64,000 nucleotides of DNA, taken from NCBI GenBank assembly GCA_965223705.1, contig OZ245015.1:1184001-1248000 (forward strand), read 5' to 3'. Below the pieces are notes generated by a model. That model made no database searches. It was not told the DNA's origin and worked only from the letters and a program-made list of their open reading frames with translations. The position numbers were made by a program, and so were the translations under genes. Positions 53,624-62,297 of this stretch are shown piece after piece (the first letter of the stretch is position 1; every line of letters begins with the position of its first letter). The DNA is from Myxococcota bacterium. Lineage in GTDB: Bacteria > Myxococcota_A > UBA9160 > UBA6930.

Positions 53624-53662
53624 TCGCGACCCGAACGTGAGCGACGTACCGAGCGAGCGGAT

Positions 53663-54439
53663 GTGAGCGAAGCACTTTCGGGTGGCGGCTCACCCGGGCG
53701 CCCCTACCGCAATCCCAATCCCGGTGCGGATTGGCCCATCCTCGATTGGTTGTCCGATCTTCGGGGCCGTCTGTTTCGGATCATCCTGCTGGGTCTCGTC
53801 GCCACGGTCGTCGCGTGGGGGTTCCGCGAGGAGATCTTCCGACTCCTCCTCCGTCCGGCGACGCGCGCCCTCGGTAGCGAGGGCGCGCTGCAGGCGATCG
53901 CCCCGACCGAGATCTTCTTCACGTACCTAAAGGCGTCGCTTCTCGCGGGATTCATCGCGATCATCCCGGTCTTCTTCTGGGAACTTTGGCAATTCGTTCG
54001 CAAGGCGACCGGGGGGGGTCGTTCCTGGACGACGCTCGCGTTCGCACTCGCATCGACGATCTTGTTCGCATCGGGGGTGGCGTTCGGCCATTTCTTGGTG
54101 TTCCCCCTGGTCTTCGATTTCTTCGCGTCGTTTTCGTCCTCTTACGTCGAAGCGGCGTGGACGATGCGGGAAGTCTTCAACCTGTCGATTCGACTCATCT
54201 TGGCGTTCGGCATCGGTTTCGAGCTCCCGCTGCTCACCTTCTTCCTCGCCGCAACGGGAATCGTCTCTCCCGAGCGCCTGCTGCGCTTCACGCCCTACGG
54301 CATCCTCGTGGCCTTTGTCCTGGCCGCGATTCTCACGCCGCCCGACGTCATCAGCCAGCTCTTGTTGGCTGCGCCGTTGTCGGTGCTCTACTTGATCGGT
54401 GTCGGCGCCGGAATGCTGGTGGCGCGCCGAGGGTCCTGA
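53663..54439 (+). CDS. tatC: TatC-family protein (degenerate signal-binding motifs)
   Basis: LRGRL, PTEIFFTYLK, FGIGFELP, AAILTPPDVISQLLLAAPL..LY; six TMs. Confidence 0.85.
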   Translation: MSEALSGGGSPGRPYRNPNPGADWPILDWLSDLRGRLFRIILLGLVATVVAWGFREEIFRLLLRPATRALGSEGALQAIAPTEIFFTYLKASLLAGFIAIIPVFFWELWQFVRKATGGGRSWTTLAFALASTILFASGVAFGHFLVFPLVFDFFASFSSSYVEAAWTMREVFNLSIRLILAFGIGFELPLLTFFLAATGIVSPERLLRFTPYGILVAFVLAAILTPPDVISQLLLAAPLSVLYLIGVGAGMLVARRGS

Positions 54440-54443
54440 GGCC

Positions 54444-56378
54444 TCAGGCGTCCGAAGGATCGCGGAGTGCGCGCACCGGGGCGAGCCGGCCCGAAGCGGC
54501 GAGCGCTTCGGCAATGCAGCGCCGCAGTGCGACGTCGCCGAAGGGTTTGGGCAAGAAGTGAGGGAACCCATCGGGAAGGGGCCGTTCGCTGGCGAACCCG
54601 CTGGTCAGAATGATTGCCGCTTCGCACCCGTCCCGTCTCAACCGCTCCGCGATAACGAGTCCGGAAATGTCCGGAAGCGTGATGTCGATGAGGATCGCAT
54701 CGAACGCGGCCTGCGGTGCGGCGATGGCTTCCAGGCCTTCGCGTGCGGTTTCTGCGGTGACGACTACACAGCCGGCTAGCTCGAGAATCCGGGAAGCGAT
54801 CTCGCGGACGGAGACCTCGTCGTCGATGATGAGAACCCGCGCGTAGATCTTTTCGTGGCGCTTGGGAGAGCCGGTCTCTTCCGCTTGCGCGTGTTCCGGA
54901 TCGCGAAGCGGGAACAACGCGCGAAAGGTCGTCCCGCGCCCGACCTCGCTTTCGACTTCGAGAATGCCGCCATGGGCCCGAACAATCCCGATCACCGCCG
55001 AAAGCCCGAGACCGCGACCCTGGCCCTTGGTCGTGAAGAAAGGATCGAACATGCGCTCGCGGGTATCGGCGTCGACGCCGTGGCCTTCGTCGCGAACACA
55101 GAGTTCGGCGTACCAGCCCGGCCGCGCGTCCTGGGCGCCCAGGTGGCCGGCCAATCGCGCAGTGCCAACCTCGACGGGCCGGGTTGAAATCCAGACCGCC
55201 CCGTCGCCTCCGGCGAGGGCTTCCGCACCGTTCAAGATCGCGTTGAGTCCCATTTGAAGGACCTCGATCTCGTTGCCGAGAATCGGCAGCGGCGTCGGGT
55301 GAAGATCGATCGAGAGTCGCGTGCCCTTCCCGAGCGAAGGGCGCGCGAGCGAAGCCGATTCGCGCACCACCTGGGACAGGTCGAGGTCCGACGGGCTCTC
55401 GAGTGTCCTCCCGCCGTAGGTCAGGATCCGTTCGCAGAGCTGTCCCGCCCGCTCCGCGAGAACGCCGATTTCGTGCGCGTACCCGGAGGGCTCGGAGTCT
55501 TCGGGAAGCGCGCGCCCGAGCAGATCGGCGTAGCCGAGAATCCCCGTCAAGAGGTTGTTGAAGTCGTGTGCGATACCTCCGGCGAGCACTCCCAGACTTT
55601 CGAGTTTCTGCACCTGTCGCAGGTGACGCTCCGACTCGCGGATCGATTCTTCGCGTTCGCGCTGCTCGGTAACGTCGAGGGCCGTGCTGAGCACGGACCG
55701 AACGTCGCCCTGGGGGCCGAGGCCAAACACGGAATCCCACGTGTGGATGCGGCGCCATTGTCCGTGGGCATTCTGAATCCGGTACTCACTCTCGATGACG
55801 GCGCCTTCCTCGGCCTCGCCGAGTTGTTGGGCGACGGAATAGAAGAGGCCCAGGTCTTCGGGATGAATGCGCTCAGTGAGCAGTCGCAGCCCGCCTTTCT
55901 CCATTTCCGCTTCGGTCAGCCCGTGGAGTTCTTGCCAGCGCACGTTCGCGAAGGCGGTGGTCTGCTTCTCGAGATCGAAGATCGACACCAGGTTGGGACC
56001 CAGATCGGTAATGCGCCGAGCCATCGGTTCTTGGAGGCCTGCGGGAGACGTCGAGACCTCGGAGTAGATCGCGAAGCCGTCGTCGGTTTCCACGCGGTGG
56101 ACGCAGCAGGGAAGCGGCGGGGGCGACGCCCCTTCGCCCGGGCTGTCGTCCGACGCGTGGGGCAGGTGGGTGCGGGCGTAATCGATCAGGGACTGGGTAC
56201 GGGAAGGCCCGAGTTGCGAAAACGCGGCATTTGCGAACGCGAGCTCGCCGTCGGACCGCAGCCAAAAGAGAGGCGCGGCGAGCGCATCGTAGGCGGTACG
56301 CGCGAGCTCGAAAGCTTCGCCGCTGCCCTCGGCGACCACGACTTGCGCCATCACTTCCAGCGCGTTTTCGCCTCTCAT
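54444..56378 (-). CDS. cytoplasmic PAS hybrid histidine kinase (PAS-HisKA-HATPase-REC)
   Basis: IHPED/EYRI PAS-PAC, LAGGIAHDFNNLL, DEGHG, FDPFFTTK.GRGLGL, C-terminal receiver (IDDE, D.TLP, KP). Confidence 0.92.
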   Translation of the reverse strand: MRGENALEVMAQVVVAEGSGEAFELARTAYDALAAPLFWLRSDGELAFANAAFSQLGPSRTQSLIDYARTHLPHASDDSPGEGASPPPLPCCVHRVETDDGFAIYSEVSTSPAGLQEPMARRITDLGPNLVSIFDLEKQTTAFANVRWQELHGLTEAEMEKGGLRLLTERIHPEDLGLFYSVAQQLGEAEEGAVIESEYRIQNAHGQWRRIHTWDSVFGLGPQGDVRSVLSTALDVTEQREREESIRESERHLRQVQKLESLGVLAGGIAHDFNNLLTGILGYADLLGRALPEDSEPSGYAHEIGVLAERAGQLCERILTYGGRTLESPSDLDLSQVVRESASLARPSLGKGTRLSIDLHPTPLPILGNEIEVLQMGLNAILNGAEALAGGDGAVWISTRPVEVGTARLAGHLGAQDARPGWYAELCVRDEGHGVDADTRERMFDPFFTTKGQGRGLGLSAVIGIVRAHGGILEVESEVGRGTTFRALFPLRDPEHAQAEETGSPKRHEKIYARVLIIDDEVSVREIASRILELAGCVVVTAETAREGLEAIAAPQAAFDAILIDITLPDISGLVIAERLRRDGCEAAIILTSGFASERPLPDGFPHFLPKPFGDVALRRCIAEALAASGRLAPVRALRDPSDA

Positions 56379-56501
56379 GCTCTTTTTGTTGCGGATAATA
56401 AAGTCATTTAAAAACAGTTACTTAGAAAAAAATTAACGCTTCCGTGAAAGTTGCCGATACGGGGTTTTGTACTGAGTAATTGAAATTCTAAAGGAGCCCA
56501 C
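56379..56501. promoter_or_regulatory. AT-rich divergent promoter region between the kinase and scyA
   Basis: Runs such as TTTAAAAACAGTTACTTAGAAAAAAATTAA in otherwise GC-rich DNA; AAGGAG RBS before scyA. Confidence 0.6.
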
Positions 56502-58286
56502 GTGTCCGAGCACCCGAATCCCGAAAGCGTACTGGATCCCGAACGCCCGCTCCCTGGTTGGGATGGGGCCAAGACCGTCTCCGGACTCAAGGACATTCCT
56601 CTCCTCGCGGAACAACAAACGCAGGAGCCTCGAGAATGCCGTGTGGCCGATGCCCTGGTCGGCGCCTTCGCCGACATGGGAATCCGCCGGGCCTACGGCG
56701 TTTCGGGCGGCGCGATGGCGACGTTCTGGGAAGCGCTCACCTTGAGCGACCTCTCGGTGCTCCATTTCCGTCACGAAGGTGGGGCCGCTTTCGCAGCGAT
56801 CGAGGCCCACTTCGCCTCGGACGAACCGGTGCTGCTTTTCACGACGGCGGGTCCGGGCATTACGAACGCCCTGACGGGGATCCTCGCCGCGAAAGGAGAG
56901 GGCGCGAAAATCGTGATGGTTTCCGCGTGCACGCCGGCCGGTCAGCGCGGCCGCTTCGGCACACAGGAAACCGACTTTCAAACCTTGCCCGCATCCGGGA
57001 TTTTTTCGTCCGGTCCACTTTTCGATTGCGCCGAAGTCATCGAGAGCGCCGATCAACTGCCGCAACTGGTGCGCCGACTGAAGAGTGGGCTCGAGGGCCC
57101 GGGCGGGTTCACCGCTCACGTGAGCTTGACGACCCGTGTTCAGACGGAAGCGGCGCCGCGAGAGTTCGCATCGATCACCCGAGCGCCGGCACCTGAGAGC
57201 GATCGCGGTAGTGCGGCCGACGTCGCCGCGCGACTCGCGGGAAAGCGCTTCGCCCTCTGGGTCGGGTTCGGAGCACGTCACGCTTCGCGCGAGATCGTTC
57301 GCTTTGCCGAGCGCTACGGCACGCCTGTGTTCGCTACGCCTCGCGGAAAGGGCGTTTTTCCCGAGTCGCATCTGCTTTACACGGGCGTGACGGGCCTCGG
57401 TGGTCACACCAGTGTCGCGGAGACGCTGTCGAGCTACGCACCGGAGTTCGTGCTGGTCCTCGGCACCCGTCTACACGAATCGAGCTCGTTCTGGTCCGGC
57501 GACTATGCGCCGCCCGGTGGCTTCATCCACGTCGACGTGGATCCTACGGTTCCCGGACAGGCTTACTGCGATCAGCCCACCGTCGTCGTACAGGCCGAGA
57601 TCGCCGCGTTCCTCGCGGTCCTCACCGAAGAGCTCGGCGATGCGTCGCCCGATGATGACTGGCTTCCGCGCAAGCCGATCCCGGCGAACCCCGGCACTTC
57701 GCAACCCGGACGCGTGCGCCCCGAGTTCCTGATGGAGGCGATTCAATCCGGCGTCATCGACGACACGGACGCCATCGTGATCGCAGAGTCCGGCAACTCG
57801 TTCATCTGGAGCCAGCACCACCTGTCGTTCGATCAGCCGCGTCGGTATCGCGCGAGTACCCAGGTCGGCTCGATGGGTCACGCCGTCGCTGGTGTGGTCG
57901 GCGCGGCCCACGCCACGGGTCGGAAGGCCGTCGCCATCACCGGCGATGGGTCCATGCTCATGAACAACGAGATCAGCACGGCGGTCGCGCACGGCATTCC
58001 GGCGGTCTGGGTCATCCTGAACGACGGCCATTACAACATGTGTCGCCAGGGAATGGCGTCCCTCGGTCTGTCGCCTGCGGATACCGCGATTCCGCCGACG
58101 GATTTCGTCGGGATCGCGCGGGCGATGGGGGCGGACGGTCTGCGCGTCGGGTGCGAAGACGATCTCAAGACCGCCTTCGACCGCGCCCTCTCCTCGAACC
58201 GGCCGTTCGTGTTGGACGTCCTGGTAGACGTCGACGCCCAGGCGCCGTCGCACGGTCGCAATCGCCGCCTCGCGGCCCAACGCTAG
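56502..58286 (+). CDS. scyA: ScyA-like ThDP-dependent acyloin synthase
   Basis: GVSGGAMAT.W, FRHE.GAAFAA.EA, TTAGPGITNALTG, GEGAK, QRGR..QET, AESGNSF.W, GSMGHAV.GVVG, GDGSMLMNNEISTAV; matches my recollection of cyanobacterial ScyA; adjacent to scyC. Confidence 0.8.
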   Translation: MSEHPNPESVLDPERPLPGWDGAKTVSGLKDIPLLAEQQTQEPRECRVADALVGAFADMGIRRAYGVSGGAMATFWEALTLSDLSVLHFRHEGGAAFAAIEAHFASDEPVLLFTTAGPGITNALTGILAAKGEGAKIVMVSACTPAGQRGRFGTQETDFQTLPASGIFSSGPLFDCAEVIESADQLPQLVRRLKSGLEGPGGFTAHVSLTTRVQTEAAPREFASITRAPAPESDRGSAADVAARLAGKRFALWVGFGARHASREIVRFAERYGTPVFATPRGKGVFPESHLLYTGVTGLGGHTSVAETLSSYAPEFVLVLGTRLHESSSFWSGDYAPPGGFIHVDVDPTVPGQAYCDQPTVVVQAEIAAFLAVLTEELGDASPDDDWLPRKPIPANPGTSQPGRVRPEFLMEAIQSGVIDDTDAIVIAESGNSFIWSQHHLSFDQPRRYRASTQVGSMGHAVAGVVGAAHATGRKAVAITGDGSMLMNNEISTAVAHGIPAVWVILNDGHYNMCRQGMASLGLSPADTAIPPTDFVGIARAMGADGLRVGCEDDLKTAFDRALSSNRPFVLDVLVDVDAQAPSHGRNRRLAAQR

Positions 58287-58297
58287 GAGCCCATCCG

Positions 58298-59248
58298 ATG
58301 GAAAAGAACACGTTTGCTACGTCGGCCTACATCGACGCACCGATGGACGACATCTTCGCCTACCTCGGCGATCTAAAGAATCTCGGTGAGTGGACACTGT
58401 TCAGCAAAATGCAGGAGCAGGTCGACGACGACACCTGGATCGGAACCGCGTCGGGCTACCAAAGCGAGCTCTACTACCACGTGCGTCGCTTCGAAAGCTC
58501 GAAGTTCCGTGGCATCGAGTGGCACTGCGGGCTCACCTACAACGAGTACCACCAGGTCTACCCGGTGTTGCTGTTTCCGTCGCAGTACATCGATCCCGCG
58601 TCCACCGAAACCGGTGCGTACTTCCATTGGGTGAGCTTCGTCGATCCCAAACGCCGAACGCGTATGATCAAAGAAGGCATCGATACGGTGCACAATTCCG
58701 AGTGTCGCTCTCTCAAAGCGAACCTCGAGCGCAAGGCCGGCCATAGCGGAGCCGTTCCCGCGAACTACCGCATCGAGACCGACACTATCTTCGTGGACGC
58801 GCCCGTCGCGATCGGCGTCAATTTCCTGCAGGACATCTCGCACGTCGCCGAATGGGCGCATTTGCTGACCCCCGAGAATCCGAACGATCCCGGTGCCGGG
58901 AAGTTTCTCGACGAGTACGGGCAGCGCGTCGAGGCGAGTGTGCATGTGCGCGAGATGGGTGGCTACTTCCTGCTCGAGCAAGACTTCGCCTACACCGACA
59001 GCCACTTCGTGCAGCGCTGCCCGGCGATCCTCATTCCGTGTTCGTACGCGTTCGGCGACAATTCGGCCTTGGGATTCCTGCTGCACCGCATCGCCTTTTT
59101 TCCCGAAGGCGAGAAGCTTCGCAACGGTCACTTGACGATCGATGACTACGGAGCCGAGAGCATCAACATCAAACGCATGATCGAAGCGCGCGCGGGAAAC
59201 CTGAAGAGCTTCGGGGAGGGTCGAAGCTACCGACCGGACTTGCCCTAG
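58298..59248 (+). CDS. scyC: ScyC-like cyclase/decarboxylase
   Basis: MEKNTFATSAYI, EWTL.S.M.EQ.D.DTW.GTASGY, GIEWHCG, QVYPVLLFP, HW.SFVDPKR, ECRSLKANLERKAG, GAES.NIKR..EA.AGNLKSF recalled as near-diagnostic for ScyC; AGGAG RBS. Confidence 0.85.
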   Translation: MEKNTFATSAYIDAPMDDIFAYLGDLKNLGEWTLFSKMQEQVDDDTWIGTASGYQSELYYHVRRFESSKFRGIEWHCGLTYNEYHQVYPVLLFPSQYIDPASTETGAYFHWVSFVDPKRRTRMIKEGIDTVHNSECRSLKANLERKAGHSGAVPANYRIETDTIFVDAPVAIGVNFLQDISHVAEWAHLLTPENPNDPGAGKFLDEYGQRVEASVHVREMGGYFLLEQDFAYTDSHFVQRCPAILIPCSYAFGDNSALGFLLHRIAFFPEGEKLRNGHLTIDDYGAESINIKRMIEARAGNLKSFGEGRSYRPDLP

Positions 59249-59499
59249 CGCGGAGGATCGCTCGGCTCAGGTGCTGCGCGGCCTACGGCCCGTTCCGCGT
59301 GCCTCCGGACGGCCGCGAGCCACCGCCGCGCGAAGGCGAACTCGAGGGACAAGATGGCGAGTCCGGCCGGGATGACCACAAACGCGGGGCCCGGCAGCAC
59401 CAGGAGTGCGATCCCCACGAGGAGGACGGTCACGCCTACGACGGTGACGACGACCCGCCGAGCCGTCTTGTAGCTCGCTTCTAAAAACTTCTGGAACAC
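59245..59499 (-). CDS. PGPGW-family small membrane protein
   Basis: GIALLVLPGPAFVVIPAGLAILSLEF.FARRWL. Confidence 0.8.
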   Translation of the reverse strand: MFQKFLEASYKTARRVVVTVVGVTVLLVGIALLVLPGPAFVVIPAGLAILSLEFAFARRWLAAVRRHAERAVGRAAPEPSDPPR

Positions 59500-59606
59500 G
59501 CTGACCCTGATACGAAATGAGCGGTCGGAACGTTCGTTTCCCCGTGGGGGCAGGGATCTTCCCGCGCCCGCTGCGGTATTATGGGAACTCATCCTGGAGG
59601 AAGCGA

Positions 59607-61013
59607 ATGCGAGGACTCGCCGCTTACGGCGTCTATCTACCCCACTATCGACTCGACCGGAACCGGATCAAGGGCACCTTGGGGCAGGGAGGCGGAAAGG
59701 GGACCCGAGCCGTCGCTTCCTACGACGAAGACACGACGTCGATGGGCGTCGAGGCGGCGCGAGCCTGCCTCTCGAGCGTCGACGTAGTCCCCGAGCGCCT
59801 CTTCTTCGCGACGGCGAACCCGGCGTATCAGGACAAGACGAACGCGACGACCATCCACGCGGCCCTCGATCTCCCCCGCAACGCTTTCGCCGGTGACGCG
59901 ACGGGTTCGGTGCGCTCGAGCGTCGTCGCTGCCATGGCCTCCGTCGGTTCCCAGGGCCCCGCGCTCGCGGTCGCGGCAGACCTTCGCGTCGGCCTACCGT
60001 CCGGCAAAGACGAATCCGAAGGGGGGGACGCCGCCGCCGCGCTGCTCTTCGCCGACGACGGCGACACCCCGGTGATCGCGGAAATGCTCGGTCGGGCGAG
60101 TAGCACCGGGGAGTTCCTCGATCGCTGGCGAACGCCCGGCGACCCGGCCTCGAAGGTTTGGGAAGAACGCTACGGCGAAGCCATCTATCTCGATCACGTC
60201 AAGGAAGCGACGCAGGAAGCGCTCGCTGCTGCCGGGATCAGCGCAGATCAACTGTCGAAGGTGGTCATCTCGGGCCTTCACAGCCGCGCGGTTCGAGGGG
60301 CGGCGCGCACGATTGGGGCGAAGCCCGAGGCGTACGTCGACGACCTGACCGGCGTAATCGGCAATACCGGCTCGGCGCATCCCTATCTCCTGCTGGCATC
60401 CGTCCTCGACACGGCGGAGCCGGGACAGACGATCGCACTGGTCGTCCTCGCCGACGGCTGCGACGTCGCGATCTTGCGCACGACCGATGCGATCGCGAGC
60501 TACCAGCCCGCCCGCACGGTCGCCGAGAGCGTCGCCGGCGGCGGCGACGATCTCGACTACGCGCTCTACCTCTCCTGGCGAGGATTCCTCAACCGCGAGC
60601 CCCCGCGCCGACCCGACCCTGTGCGCCCGGCGGCTCCGCCGGCGGGGCGCGCCGAGGACTGGAAGTTCGCCTTCGTCGGCTCTCGCGACCGGAAGAGCGG
60701 TGCGATCCACTTGCCGCCGCAACGCACGTCGATGAAGGGCGGTAACGTCGATGACATGGAGCGGGTCCGTATGGCCGATGTACCCGCCACGATTGCTACC
60801 TTTACCATCGATCGCCTGGCGTATTCGCCGAGCCCGCCGATGGTGGTGGCCGTGATCGATTTTGACGGTGGGGGCCGGTTCCGCTGCGAGATGACCGATG
60901 TCGATCCGAATCAGGTCAAGATCGGCGATCGGGTACAGATGACGTTCCGCAAGCTCTTCACCGCAGACGGTGTGCACAACTACTTCTGGAAGGCTCGCCC
61001 GATCTCGGGCTGA
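59607..61013 (+). CDS. HMG-CoA-synthase/KASIII-like domain fused to a DUF35 OB-fold
   Basis: YGVYLPHYRL, RAVASYDEDTTSMGVEAA, GGDAAAA, IGNTGSAHP; C-terminal TFTIDRLAYSPSPP...DFDGGGR...IGDRV.MTFR...NYFWKARP; GGAGG RBS. Confidence 0.85.
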   Translation: MRGLAAYGVYLPHYRLDRNRIKGTLGQGGGKGTRAVASYDEDTTSMGVEAARACLSSVDVVPERLFFATANPAYQDKTNATTIHAALDLPRNAFAGDATGSVRSSVVAAMASVGSQGPALAVAADLRVGLPSGKDESEGGDAAAALLFADDGDTPVIAEMLGRASSTGEFLDRWRTPGDPASKVWEERYGEAIYLDHVKEATQEALAAAGISADQLSKVVISGLHSRAVRGAARTIGAKPEAYVDDLTGVIGNTGSAHPYLLLASVLDTAEPGQTIALVVLADGCDVAILRTTDAIASYQPARTVAESVAGGGDDLDYALYLSWRGFLNREPPRRPDPVRPAAPPAGRAEDWKFAFVGSRDRKSGAIHLPPQRTSMKGGNVDDMERVRMADVPATIATFTIDRLAYSPSPPMVVAVIDFDGGGRFRCEMTDVDPNQVKIGDRVQMTFRKLFTADGVHNYFWKARPISG

Positions 61014-61025
61014 GAGGAGACCACA

Positions 61026-62216
61026 ATGGCTTCTAAGGGAATCAAAGACCGTGTCGCAATCGTCGGTATGGGCTGCACGCCTTTCGGCGAGCACTGGGAT
61101 AAGAGCGCAGACGACTTGCTCGTCGATGCGACGGAAGAATGTTTCGCGAGCTCGGGCATCGATAAGTCCGACGTCGACGCCTATTGGTTTGGCACCATGG
61201 CGTCGGGCGTTTCGGGGCTCGCGCTTTCCGCGCCGCTCCAGCTCGACTACAAGCCCGTGACACGGCTCGAGAACATGTGCGCCACGGGTTCCGAGGCGAT
61301 TCGCAATGCCGCTTATGCCGTAGCGTCGGGCGCGTACGACATCGTGATGGCGGCCGGCGTCGAGAAGCTCAAGGACTCCGGCTACTCGGGCCTCGTCGTC
61401 CAGGATCCGCCGAACGATGGGACGCTCCCGGCGATGACGCCGCCGGCCACGTTCAGCCTGCTCGCCCCGGCGTACCAGGAAAAGTACGGCCTGACGGATG
61501 AAGAGCTGCGCGACGCGTTGGCGCACATCGCTTGGAAGAACCACGCGAACGGCGCACTGAACCCGCGCGCCCAGTTCCAGAAAGAAGTTCCGAAAGACGC
61601 GATCTGCCAGTCACCGTTGGTCGCCGGAAAGCTCGGCATCTTCGATTGCTCGGGCGTTTCCGACGGTTCGGCCTGCGCGATCTTGGTGCGCGAGGAAGAC
61701 GCGCACAAGTACACGGACAAGCCGCTCTACATCAAGGCGCTGTCCTTCGCGTCGGGCCCGGCCACCGGCGGGATCGATTCGAGCTACGACTACACCACGT
61801 TCCGCGAGGTCGTCGCTTCCGCCGAGGATGCCTACCAGCAAGCGGGAGTTACGAACCCCCGAGCAGAAATCGCCATGGCAGAAGTTCACGACTGCTTTAC
61901 ACCGACCGAGATGGTGTTGATGGAGGACCTCCAGTTCTGCCCGCGCGGCACGGCTTGGAAGGAGGCCCTCGACGGTACGTTCGATCTCCACGGCGAGCTG
62001 CCGATCAACCCCGACGGAGGGTTGAAGAGCTTCGGCCACCCGATCGGCGCTTCCGGCCTTCGCATGATGTTCGAAAACTGGCTCCAGCTCCGGAAAGAAG
62101 CGCCGGCGGATCGCCAGATCGACAACGGCAAGACGCTCGGCATGACCCACAACCTGGGCGGCCAGCCCGGCGCCTGCGTCTCCTTCGTTTCGATCGTGGG
62201 AGCCGAGAAGGGCTAA
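61026..62216 (+). CDS. SCP2-type thiolase / acetyl-CoA acetyltransferase
   Basis: ENMCATGSEA, DCSGVSDG, EVHDCF, NPDGGLKSFGHPIGASG, HNLGG. Confidence 0.9.
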   Translation: MASKGIKDRVAIVGMGCTPFGEHWDKSADDLLVDATEECFASSGIDKSDVDAYWFGTMASGVSGLALSAPLQLDYKPVTRLENMCATGSEAIRNAAYAVASGAYDIVMAAGVEKLKDSGYSGLVVQDPPNDGTLPAMTPPATFSLLAPAYQEKYGLTDEELRDALAHIAWKNHANGALNPRAQFQKEVPKDAICQSPLVAGKLGIFDCSGVSDGSACAILVREEDAHKYTDKPLYIKALSFASGPATGGIDSSYDYTTFREVVASAEDAYQQAGVTNPRAEIAMAEVHDCFTPTEMVLMEDLQFCPRGTAWKEALDGTFDLHGELPINPDGGLKSFGHPIGASGLRMMFENWLQLRKEAPADRQIDNGKTLGMTHNLGGQPGACVSFVSIVGAEKG

Positions 62217-62245
62217 AGCGCACGCGACCGTGTGGCAACGAACCG

Positions 62246-62283
62246 GGGGGCCGGAGCGTCGCGCTCCGGCCCCCGTTCTTTTT
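62246..62283 (+). terminator. hairpin with U-tract (terminator-like) after the thiolase
   Basis: GGGGGCCGGAGCG-TCG-CGCTCCGGCCCCC followed by GTTCTTTTT. Confidence 0.7.
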
Positions 62284-62297
62284 GACGAGGGGAACCC

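Noticed and set aside
58040..58297. 402-aa version of ScyC
   Set aside because: It overlaps scyA; the RBS and the recognisable N-terminus place the start at 58298
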